Shown piece by piece: positions 52,901-64,000 of a stretch of DNA of 64,000 nt (position 1 is the first letter of the stretch; every line of letters begins with the position of its first letter). The DNA lies in NCBI GenBank assembly GCA_050575255.1, contig JBNZDD010013687.1, positions 1,066,373 to 1,130,372 of the forward strand. The letters are read 5' to 3'. The notes under the pieces were generated by a model. It made no database searches. It had not been told where the DNA came from and saw only the letters and a program-made list of their open reading frames with translations. The translations under genes and the position numbers were made by a program. The stretch is from Harriotta raleighana (taxonomy: Eukaryota).

Positions 52901-53514
52901 ATCTGGCTGTGTGTGTGGTGTTGTGCCCTGAGAGTTTCTGTAGCCCCTCAGTCAGGACAATAGTATTGAGTAACTGTATTTTTGATGGATCTCCAGCCCC
53001 CACTGGCCTGGGCTAGTGACCCCATTCCTCCCCCCACCCCACCCCCCAAAGAAGTTAATTTTTAAAATGTTGAGTAACAAAGTGTTATTTCCACATGTTT
53101 ACTTTTTATGAACCAAGTGAAAAAGATGTAGGTTGGTGGTAACATGTATCTCAACAGCAGCAAATCTTCACAGTATATTCCGTGAAGCGCTTTGAGACGC
53201 CTAGAAGACGTGAAAAGCGCTTTATCGAATGCAAGGATTATTATTATTGTAGCAATCAACACCCTCACAACATTTTCAAATTTCCCTGCAATTGTTAGCA
53301 AACATTTGAATTTTTCTACAGCCAATGACCAAATGTTGCATTGGGTATCCGCCTGTTTGCAATTCTCCTTTGTTTCGCACCATTAACACCTGTTTAAACC
53401 AACATCCTCTGTCCTCTACCTCATTTTCTCCTTTGTCTTCCTTGCCTTGCCTCCCCCTTCTCTGTTAGTCCTTAAAAGCCTCTTCCTCCTAATGCGCATT
53501 AGGCTTTGATTATG

Positions 53515-53635
53515 ATGAACGGACCTGGACCTGAAATGTTGACTTGCTTTCCTTTCTCCATAGATGCTACCTGATATCCTCTGAGTGTTTCCCAGTGACC
53601 TGTTTTTTTGTTTCAGATTTCCAGCCTCTGCAGTC
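53515..53635 (-). mobile_element. Penelope-like shark repeat fragment
   Basis: Reverse complement similar to 56445-56568 (ctgcagaggctggaaatctgaaac...actcagagg..tcaggtagcatctatggaga). Confidence 0.5.
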
Positions 53636-54914
53636 TCTTCATCTTGGCCGAAGATATCAGAAGAAACTCCACTTCTCATCTTGAACAGTGCTATGGGATT
53701 GTTGACATCAACACAACATCCACTTGCACAGACAGACAGGGCCTTTGTTTAGTATCTCATAATAATAATAATACATTTGGATATAATGGCATTTGTTATA
53801 GTGTAGGGCTTCACCACATCATTGAGATGTCTCAAGCAGCGGAGTGGAGGATGGCATCACCAACAATACAGCGGCCCCTCCTCGCTATTAACCGCTAAGC
53901 CAATACTGACAACTCTGGTCCCATTTTCATGTTGACTGCAACAATCTCAATTGCTGCAATCTTATTTGAAAGCTAAGCTCGTGGAACAGCGGTGTCACTG
54001 TGTCTGTGTAGTGTTGATGGCACTTATTGCAGTGTACTGTATGTGTTACTGTCTGTGCAAGGTTTTGTGTAAAAAGGATTTTCTCAAATGTAGTTGATCA
54101 AGTTTATAGAAATAATTGAAAACCATTTGAGATGTGCATGTGTCTATATTCCTTTATTTTTCATATGATTAACTAAGTATTTTTTAGGGAAAACTAGGAC
54201 TGTGGCAACCAAAATGAGACCGAAAACTGTGGATTGCTTCCTCGCATACTCAATCTGGAAATCTCACAGTTGTTCTTTCCATATACTACTGCAACATAAA
54301 AGCCGGTGTTATGTACAGCTAAACAGAAACATTATATGCATAAGGTTCTGGTAAACCTTAAAATCAGTTAGATAAATGTTAATTACTTTATACTTGATAT
54401 ATTTTCCACATTTAATTATTTTCATTATGCATTACTATCCAACTGCAAAACTTTAATCCTACCCCAATAATAAAATTCTGTATTACTCTTGAACAGATGT
54501 AAAATATTATGAACATAATAATGTCAAAGTACAGGCTGTGCTTTTGCAATAATTGTATGTTAAGATACCACTTGAATGGTAACTACTGAGAGAAATAATT
54601 TAACAACATTTTGTATGCTTGTGGGGACTAAATATTAAAATCAGTGGGGATATTGTGGATTACGTATGCGTATAAAATTGTGATTGGACCCTTGCACAAT
54701 TCTTCGAAATTATGCTCCCAAGGAGAGGTTTTTCTCCAGTGTATTTCCCATTGCATTGTCAGGGGATAATATTGTTAATATTGTTCATTAATTTCATTAC
54801 TGTTTGTGGGACATTGTTGTGCATAAATTGGCTGCTGTAGTTGCCCACAAAGTACATAGGCATTGCATTTTACAATGAATCTGTGAAGCTATTTGAGACA
54901 TCCTGCTACCTCTC

Positions 54915-55236
54915 TGGCTCAGTGGTTAGAGCACTCGTCTTACAAGCCTTATAAGCATGAGACTTGTGTTCGAATCCAGGCAGATCAGGGCGAAACCTTG
55001 GGCAAATTTCCTTACTCCACTTGCCTAATAATAATCCCTCCAAAAAAACCACAATAATAAAAATTGATCATTTCAATCCACGACTGTTTGTGGGACACTG
55101 CTGTGTGCAATTGGCTGCCGCGTTCCGCCCACAAATATACAGTCAATTCACTTTACAGTATATTCTGTGAAGCGCTTTGGGACATTGATAAAATGTGAAA
55201 AGCGCTATATCAAATGCAAGGATTATAATTATTACT
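54915..55236 (+). mobile_element. tRNA-headed Deu SINE, full length
   Basis: Highly similar to 11027-11339 (head, core, tail). Confidence 0.88.
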
Positions 55237-55239
55237 ACC

Positions 55240-55583
55240 TGCTGACCCCCTACCAATCTGTCCACTTCTTCTGTTCAGCCTACTCCAGCCTGCTCCATGT
55301 CTTCTGTCCGACCCGATGCACCCTATCAACAGCGACTGGGCTTTCAGCCTCTCTACCTCCACTCTTTGGAACTCCATCCAACAATCCCTTCGCCTTGCCT
55401 CCTTCAAGGCCTAACTCAAAACCCTTCCTTTTTGTCCATGCCTTCAGCTGCCCCCCTTATTTCTCTGCCCTCCTTGCACCCCCTCTCGCCCATGCTCGGG
55501 TTCTGACCCCTGATTGTTCAACGCCTTGGGACGTCTTCCCAACATGAAAGGCACTCTATAAATGTAATTTTGTTGTTGTTGTT
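55240..55583 (+). mobile_element. L2-type LINE 3' fragment
   Basis: gctttcagcctctct...actctttggaactccatcc...cgccttgggacgtcttcccaacatgaaaggcactctataaatgtaattttgttgttg. Confidence 0.65.
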
Positions 55584-56444
55584 TGTCCTGTAGATATGAA
55601 ATGCGTTATTTTTTTTAGCTCAATACAGTAATCCTTTTCCGAAGTTGAAAGACAGAAAATATTGGAAAAAATGCACAGTAAGCTGATCAACATTTCAAAG
55701 AGAAAGAAAGGTTAACATTTCTCCCATTAGTAAACATAAGGTCATCTTAATGTGTGAAATATAGTTGAAAAATACTATAATAAGGAAATTTCCAATAATG
55801 TTTTATCCTACAGAATATTAATTTAAACGTGGGCACCATCTGTTATATTAATATACTATTTGAATAATTTTCTTTTTTAATAAGCAAATTCCCAAGAGTA
55901 AGCCTTTTCGATAAACTGTATTTAACCAAAAATATACTAAAATAAACTTGTCAGTTGAATCTGCTAGTGTCAATAATCACTTAAGCACTGCGATGCCCTC
56001 TTATGTTCAGAGCAGTCACTAGCAGCAGTATTTTCTTTCCTGAGCTTTCAAAAGTTTATAGATGGACATTTGGTACATATGTTTTGGTTATTGTTCAAAG
56101 ACAGTCAGAACTGAGGTTAGGAAGCATTTCAAAAGGTTGTGAATATGTGGAATGCTTTTCCCCAAGAAGCTTTAGGAATTTTCAGACATTTTCAGATAAG
56201 GTACTTGGACAATGCAAATTTGTGTTCCTTAGGTATGCCATCGTGGTTCAAAAAACATTTTTGAGGGTTGAAGTAAATATTTAAACTTTTGTATTAGGGA
56301 CAGGGATTAAATGCCAAGAAAGTGTTTGTGCACAGCAATATTCCACAAATGGGCCACAAAATGAACAAATGGATTGCTGGCCAGGACACCAGGAAAGTAT
56401 TAACTGCTATAGTAACACAACTAAAAGATTGATATAAATAAAAC

Positions 56445-56568
56445 ACACGAAATACTGCAGATGCTAGGAATCTGAAAAAAAACACAGAAGTTTCTGGGGG
56501 AACTCAGCAAGTCAGGCAGCATCCATGGAGAAAGGAGAGTGAGCCAACGTTTCGAGTCCATGACCCTT
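56445..56568 (+). mobile_element. Penelope-like shark repeat fragment
   Basis: tactgcagatgctaggaatctg...aactcagcaagtcaggcagcatccatggaga...aacgtttcgagtccatgaccctt, recalled as a common chondrichthyan repeat. Confidence 0.5.
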
Positions 56569-58264
56569 GACATATTGACTTTGTATTTATTTAGATGAGT
56601 TTACATGAATATTATAAGAACGTTAGTTTTATTGCAGTAACATCTGTAAATGAATAAAATTGATTTGTTTCAAGAAGAATGAGATGAACAATGCCATAGT
56701 AATGTCAAACAATCCTGGGGAAAAAAATAGTAACTCACTTTTGTCAAAATGAAAAGAAAATATATAATTTAGCAGTATATTCTGGATCTTCATTTCACAA
56801 TTGAATAAAGTCAAAATAATTCACTTGTATCTATATGAAAAGTAGTTCTTAAATCATAATTACCTATACATTTTTTTAGGGTGGATAAGAACTGCTAGAG
56901 GAAACGCCTTATTTATTTGATTCAATGGTGAATGGAAACTGAGAAATCTTTGTAGAAATTATACTGAGTAACAACAGGCTGGTCACAAATAGCCAAGTGC
57001 ATTCTAGAGCAACTGTTGCTTAACAAGTGATGTTTAACTAAAATGCAAGTGCATAAACATTCTTTGCTGGATTCAATGCTGATTTTTGCTTTGATGTAAC
57101 ATTGAGGGCACTACTGCAAAGCTAGAAATACACTTAACACAGAGAATATGTTTTTGCCTTTTTTTATATAATTGTCACTTCATGATTTTTTTTTCTAGAA
57201 AGCCCCAATTATGTTGAATTCCATAATGCCCTTCCTTTTAAAAGAAATAAAGAAAATACAATCCGTCAACAACAACTTGGATTTATTTAGCACCCTTCAC
57301 ACCGTCAGCTCCTAGTATTCGTCACATTAATATACACAGCTTTTTAATGCACAGGTACTGAATGCTTTATCATAAATAAAATCATTGGAATTTTTTCCTG
57401 TTATATATATCTTTTTAATAGCTATAGTCCTCTATCCTTCTCAATTGCTGTACCACCCAGAATGTGATTAATTCAACTGAGTCCAATTTTATAAATAAAA
57501 ATCTGAAGGGGTTTTGTTGCAGAACAACTGTTTTTTTATAAAGAATGGTACAAAGAACTAAAAGATAATTGACGTTACAAGTTTCCATTCCCTCTCAAAA
57601 CCACTGAAAATGAAACAGAAGAAATCGTGATATTAGCATTAAAATTCCAATTGAAAGGACACTTTGAGCTCTTCCTCTCCCACACAGAAATTAATGAAAC
57701 ATCTACATGTCTCATGACATAACATTTGAGATGGTTGAGAAAAACAAAAAATGCTACATAGTGTGCATGAGAGATAGTGACATACAATGGAGTATTACCT
57801 CTCAACCCCATCGGATTGCTTTTAAAGCTTTTAAAACATACAAGCCTCAAGATAGATTAATACAAGTAAGTAATAATTAACCATAGCTATTGATCTATAT
57901 TATAGTATACAGTATACACCCTAATTTGTTCTATTTTTTATTTTTTTCTCCAGTCAGTCCAAGAAATCCATCTTACCCCACCCTCGCATTCAATCCCTTT
58001 TCTATCCAGAAATGCATCTCTTGCACTAAGCACTTAACCTACAAATACACAGTCCATTTAAACAATCTCCAATAGTAATGTAATCTACAGATTCATGACT
58101 ATTAAGTAATATGTTTATTATAGTATTATGACTATTGAGTAATGCATTTCACCTCGCCCACAAAATATAGTGAATTCATTGTACAGTATATTCTATGAAG
58201 CGCTTTGAGACATCTAGAAGATGTGAAAAGCACCTTTAAGATGTCTAGAAGAAGTGAAATGCTA

Positions 58265-58989
58265 CAGATATTCCCCGATTTACGACAGGGTTGCTTGTGT
58301 TCCTGAAAAAGTCACGTAAATTGAAATTTCATAAATCGGAACGGGTTTTCCCATACGATCCCATTATATAATCTGAGATGTGTTCTATTGACAAAATTTT
58401 CAGACCCAAAAACAACTAAAATAACACTTTGCAACAAAGAATTTAATGATAATGAGACTTAATGAAATTAATTAATTAATTAATGAATAATTCATTTAAT
58501 TGCACATCAAGCAGGTCCTGCGGCTCTCGATCGCAGTCCAGCGGGTTCCATAACGCGAACAGATCCAGCGTCTAGGACCCAATGTGAGCCCCGAGGCCTT
58601 GGGGATCACCTCATCCAATCAGCAATCGACAGCCACGTTTGGCCAGTTCAACATGTTTACATGATGTCAAGCGGCTGCCGATTGGATGCCAATTGGATGA
58701 GGCAATCAGGTGATCCTCAAGACCTCAGGGAAATACTAGATATACACATCCGCCTGGGCCACTATTTGGCACATTTTTCTCAACATCTACACTTACTTCA
58801 AGTTGGTATATAAAATAGACTAGATATATTGCGAATTTAGATTTTTTCTATCCCCAAAAAATCAAACGTAATTTTAAAATTTTGTTGAAACAAAACAAAA
58901 TATTGTACATCGATAAAAAGCTGTTATAAAATTACTTTAGTTAAATTGAAATCATGTAAATAGAGACATCATAAATCAGAGGATACCTG
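58265..58989. mobile_element. Tigger/MER82-like MITE inserted into a SINE tail
   Basis: TA|CAGATATTCCCCGATTTACGA ... TCATAAATCAGAGGATACCTG|TA (16/21 TIR match, TA duplication). Removing it rejoins the SINE tail gcta + tttcaaatgcaaggattatta. Confidence 0.8.
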
Positions 58990-59197
58990 TATTTCAAATG
59001 CAAGGATTATTAGTATTATTAATATGATCTTGATTATGATCTTGAAACCTTCATTTAAGTTACTTTGAACAAAGTTTTTGTTTTTTTAAACTGTGCAAAA
59101 CCAACTTAACAAAAACTTAGAATAAAATTAAAGTGATTGAATTGCTAAACCCAGAGATTTCTTTAAAATAAATTCAATCGTAAATTAATTGTGGAAT

Positions 59198-59550
59198 CTT
59201 GTAGTGTATTGATTAGAGCACTTACCTTGCAAGTGAGAGAACCTGGGTTCAATTTCCAGGCAAGGACGAAACTTTCAACAAATTAGGTTATTCCACATGC
59301 CTTTGTTAACTGAGTAGAAAATGGAACCGAGTTGTTAATCGATTGGCGGATTGCCTATCCATGGGTAATAACCCCTTCAAAAATATATTTTAAAATAGTA
59401 ATTTAGTTATTCAATCCACTATGTGCATAATTGGCTGCTGCATTTGCCCACAAAATACATTGTGGAGTCATTTACTTTACAGTATATTCTTTGAGATGTC
59501 CTGAAGACTTTAAGACACTATATCAAGTGCAAGGATTATTTATTATTATC
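59198..59550 (+). mobile_element. tRNA-headed Deu SINE
   Basis: gattagagcacttaccttgcaagtgagagaacctgggttcaatt head, core, tail. Confidence 0.75.
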
Positions 59551-61589
59551 AATAGTATTTGGAGTTGCTGACTGTGCAGATTTTTTGTGACTGTTGAAAA
59601 TTGAATGTGTTTTACATTCTTTCTCAATGGAACACCCAAGATCCAGCACCTCCCCTATATAAAGGCAGGTTCCAACAGTTTTGCAGAAGCTCAGATGTGT
59701 TGGTATGGTGGTATACTCATAGAGGAACGTATCAGTTTCAAATTAGCTTAGTTCTAAATAAATGGTTGGAAGTAGGAAATTTATGAGTGAAATGCAAGTG
59801 TTTTGAACTGCACTAAATTTAAGTTTTTCCTACATTTCAGACAAGTGAAGTTCCATGTAAGCAGCACTTTCTGTAACATCTGTGTCATCATGAGATACAC
59901 AACATTTCCAAGTTTATGCTGCAGCTTCAACAGAAACCAATGGTGTACCTATATAGGAAAAGTACATAAAAGCATCGGAAACACAGTGAAGCTGCAGGCT
60001 GCTTGCTGCTGCTTCAGTGGCTTATTTTAAAACACCGAGTTATATAAACCTTCCATTGCACCTGTGGTAAATGCCAGAGACCACCAGGCTATTGTAGCTT
60101 CCTGCTGATAATAAATGAATCATTTAACAGCTGCACTACAGTATTTAGAAGAATGTGATGTTTGGTTCATTCTACTTTCTGAAGAGGAGAATTTTTTTTC
60201 ACAAAAGTGAAAGAAGAATTGACTCAAAAAAGTTGTCACTGCTCACGACCAGGACTGACATTCCAAATAGCTAATTTTCCCTCCTTCACAAGATTGTTCC
60301 AATTTTAAAACTCTCCTTTTTTATATATTAAAAAAAGTGACAGACTGAGCAACTAATAAGATCAGTTTTGCCAACGAAGGGTTGATTTGTGCAGAGAAAA
60401 ATAAATCTCATTAGAAAATGTCCTAAGAATGGCTTCTGTAGCAGCATCAATGTGTTAAGCAACAAAGTCCAGACACTTTGATATATTGAAGTTGAAAGGG
60501 CAGTGATCTATGAAAACAAAACTAACATTGAATAGATGTTCCCTAAAACCAATCACTAAGAGCTAGACAGAACAAGACTGTGCTGCAGGCAAACTAGAGA
60601 AGTAACAGAGAGGAACTTTACAGTTTCATTGGCTTGTGAGCCACAGGTTTTAAACCACGAGTGTTCAGCCTGACCACAGGCCGAGCACCTGACTAGTATT
60701 AAACTGCAAGAATTCATAGTTAGAAGAGCTAAGAAACTAAGAGGGGTAAGAAACTTTTTGATTTTGTGCTATATTATTCCATTCTGACCATGTCCTGTCT
60801 TCCTTTGAAACATGTACAGTATTGACATGAATTGTATCTCCGGCTTCTGTTGCTAGGCATCCGCATTGCCGGTTACCTAACTTTCAAACAGTGATGTAAA
60901 TGTGTTCTGCTGTGGTTTGTGCAAGTTCAAGGAGATGTTTGTTAAGGCCATAGAAAGGGAAATTATAAAATTAATTGAACAGCAAAAACATTGTTTTACT
61001 TCCTAGAGAAACAGAGCGTAACATAGCTGAAATGTTTAAAACTATGTTACAGAAATAAATAGTTCAAGCAATTTTCTATGAAGTACTGTTGTCGAATCTG
61101 CTGTTGCCCTTATGCTGTGCTACATAAATGCTAAGAAATACAAAAGAAAAAATGGCAGAAAAGCAGCAGAATCTTTCTTGCTTATTCTAAATACTGTATT
61201 ATATATTTAAAATGTTCACTTCCCTTTTCACAAAACTGCAATAATAGTAAAACTTGATGAGGGCAGGGTGTTTTGAAAACACATTCAGGTCAGAGGCCAA
61301 AAATTTTAATTTACCAAGAAAAATGTTTCAGGTTTCAGTCTGGGTGTTTGCAGGAGTGGAGGGACTGAGAGTGAGCAAATCCTTATTCATTTGGTTATGC
61401 TAGTTCTACCAAGGTAGGCTTTCCACCCGTAGCTACTCAGCACTTTGTTAGTGGCATTGCAGCCTCTATATTATTACACCAAGCTACGTGCACCTCCACT
61501 GATAAACAATGAGAATGTGAAAGGGCAGGCAGGCTGGATCCTACCTCAAGGCAAAAAACACTCCTGTGCTTATCAGTACTCATATTCCC

Positions 61590-62110
61590 ATTGTTTTCAA
61601 TGGAGGAAATTTGTAACTCTGATCTGGCCACACCTAGAGAATTGCATACAGTTTTGGTTGCCAAAGCATACGGGCGTTGCCTCACCCTATAAATGGTGCA
61701 GAGGACAGCATCTAGGAGGATTCCCAGTGCTAGAGGGATGAGCTATAAATAACGATTAGACAAGCTAGGGCTCGTAAGAGTAGACATTTCAGAGCAGTCC
61801 TTATACTATGTCGGGTGGCCATATGTCCATGATTTCCGGGGACAGTCCTCAGATGAGATATTGTGTTCCTGGCCAAATTTTCCTTGACTTGAATTCAGCA
61901 ACAAACTTGAGCAAGAACAATAAAATTCAAAGATGGACGCACCCATCAGAGCAATACAGGTACAAAGGGCAATTTCAAAAGCGACACGACAAAGTCTTTT
62001 TTACTCAGAGGGTAATGAACAACTGGAATCTGTGGCCAGGAAGGGAGGATGAGGCCAGGACATTGGTGGATGTAATGGGAGGATGGTAAAGTGGGTATCC
62101 TGGAATCATG
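61590..62110 (+). mobile_element. Degraded CR1 LINE ORF2 3' fragment
   Basis: LIWPHLENCIQFW and FFTQRVMNNWN motifs in different frames. Confidence 0.75.
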
Positions 62111-62850
62111 AGATCAGATGGTAAAAGGGCCTCCTTCAAAGAAACTAACCTTAAGAAGAAGATCTCTTACAGGAGGGAGAAGTGAATAGAAGAGCATGGT
62201 GAGAGGGTAAGGAAATTAGGAGAGCGGGGCTTATGTGCAATATAAACACCAGCACTGACTAGCTGCCGAGTGGCTGGTTTTAGTGATATGCTGTACATGC
62301 TATGTAATTCTATGTCAAAGGCAGTATCAGTCTGATATGGCTCTGTGAGCTGAGCACCTGGAAAATAAGGATCAATACCTACAACGTACAAACAGTTCAC
62401 CTGTACGGTATAGCACAGACACTACTGAACAATACAAGACTTTACAACCACAGGGAGATTGTAGAATTCCTCAGAATGTCAGCGTTTTCACCCACACTAT
62501 CTCTTTGTTCCAAACACTATATGTATTTTAGCCAGTAATCCCTTCACTATCCAGTGACTTGGCACATCCTCCCGACAGGAAAGGTGTTATATAAAAGTAA
62601 TTTGTTATTGTAATCTGTCATTTCGGCAATATTTGTTTGAAGGTAAGAGAAAGTAAGGAATACAGAGACTTAACGTTTAAGCGCTCTGAGAGGCCATCTG
62701 GCATGGAGGACGCTATATAAATCAAAGTTGTTGTTTGTGATGCTCACTATATATTCGCATGTTAGTTTTATTAATAAAGCAAATAAAATATTCAAAACGA
62801 GCAGAAAGATTTTTATCTGGCGAAGCAGAATTTTGAGTTCTGTAGCATAA

Positions 62851-63220
62851 TCCTGTAGCATTGTGATTAGAGCATTCACCTTGCAAGTGAGAAGACCTGG
62901 GTTCAATTCTCAGGCAGAGTGAAACCGCAGACAATTTCCCTACTGCATACGCCTCTGTTTACCTAGCAGTAGGTAAGAACCTGGTTAGTCAGTTGGCAGA
63001 TTGCTTTCCAGGGGTAATAATCTCTCTGAACAAAATAAGAATTTGGTCAATCAATCTATGACTGTTTGTTGGGACACCACCATGGGCAATTGGCTGCCAC
63101 ATTTTATCCACAAAATATACAGTGAATCCACTTTACAATATATTCTGCAGAGCACTTTGAGACATCTTGAAGATGAGATAAGGTGCTGTATCAAATACAA
63201 GAATGATTATTATTACTATT
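62851..63220 (+). mobile_element. tRNA-headed Deu SINE
   Basis: tcctgtagcattgtgattagagcattcaccttgcaagtgagaagacctgggttcaattc head, caattggctgcc core, gattattattac end. Confidence 0.8.
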
Positions 63221-64000
63221 TAAAGATATTAGATAAGTTTCAGTGTAATCATAAGGATTTGGGGATTTTACAAACTAGAGCTTAAAAAAGGATATACAGT
63301 ATTCTATCATACTTATTGAAGGAAATCATGATAAATCATTTTTACTTGAATTCAGGTTTTAGAAGAAAATGTACTGACACTTATGAGAAACATCATAATG
63401 TTTTATAAAGTAAATTCTCAATGGCCATGAATAGTTTCTTTCATAAAATAAGAAGTGATTTGGGAACTCTGGAGAGTAGTCAGTATCATATTTAATATCT
63501 GGCTAGGTTCTTGCTCTTCTCTTTGTTGCAGTAATAATTTTAAACAACTGCTGATCTGAAAGGTTCAGATCTCAGGGTGCTTTCATTCCAGAATGTGAAT
63601 GATTCTATAACAATTTCTATTAAATGAATCTATAGTATTGAATTACACCAATTACTCTTACAAAGGTATTTACATCCAACGTGTACTTCTAACTAATTTT
63701 GTAATTGGCAAAGACTAGATTCTGGTCCTATGAGAATAATAATTTAAGTAGTACAGAATGTTACTCATTAAAAATTTAATAGTTGGCCATGTAACTGGTT
63801 TATTTGGCTCAGGATCATTTTCAGATAAAAGTACTCTTGGTTTGCTTGATTTTAATTTTGAAAAACTTGAGAATCTTACCCTTGAGTGAGACAAACAAAG
63901 TTTTTTTTAAAAAAAGGAGATTGGTGTTTAAACATAGTACTGTAATAAAATCTCTGATCAAGGGAATATTTCAACTGTGCAGAATCTGGATTTCATGTGG

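Overview
This is AT-rich vertebrate genomic DNA from the FMN1-GREM1-ARHGAP11A locus. It is most likely a cartilaginous fish, possibly a holocephalan, inferred from Deu-domain SINEs, shark-type CR1/L2/Penelope-like fragments and compact introns. The window holds the last two coding exons of formin-1 (+, 254-952). It also holds the complete gremlin-1 gene (-; CDS 8558-9076, non-coding exon 1 near 19697-19855) and a complete ARHGAP11A gene (-; 13 coding exons, 36737-50988, about 1074 aa, with a CHR/CCAAT/CRE promoter near 51760-51840). No SCG5 (7B2) exons were recognised between GREM1 and ARHGAP11A, where mammals carry that gene. Other notable items are an apparent extra intron in ARHGAP11A, a GATA/TCF-motif minisatellite next to a pre-miRNA-like hairpin in the GREM1 intron, a duplicated ~320-bp element upstream of GREM1, a strong CTCF motif and nested transposon insertions. 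Most ORFs in the supplied track are spurious. I found no evidence of a wholly new biological system. All homology calls come from recalled sequences, not database searches.
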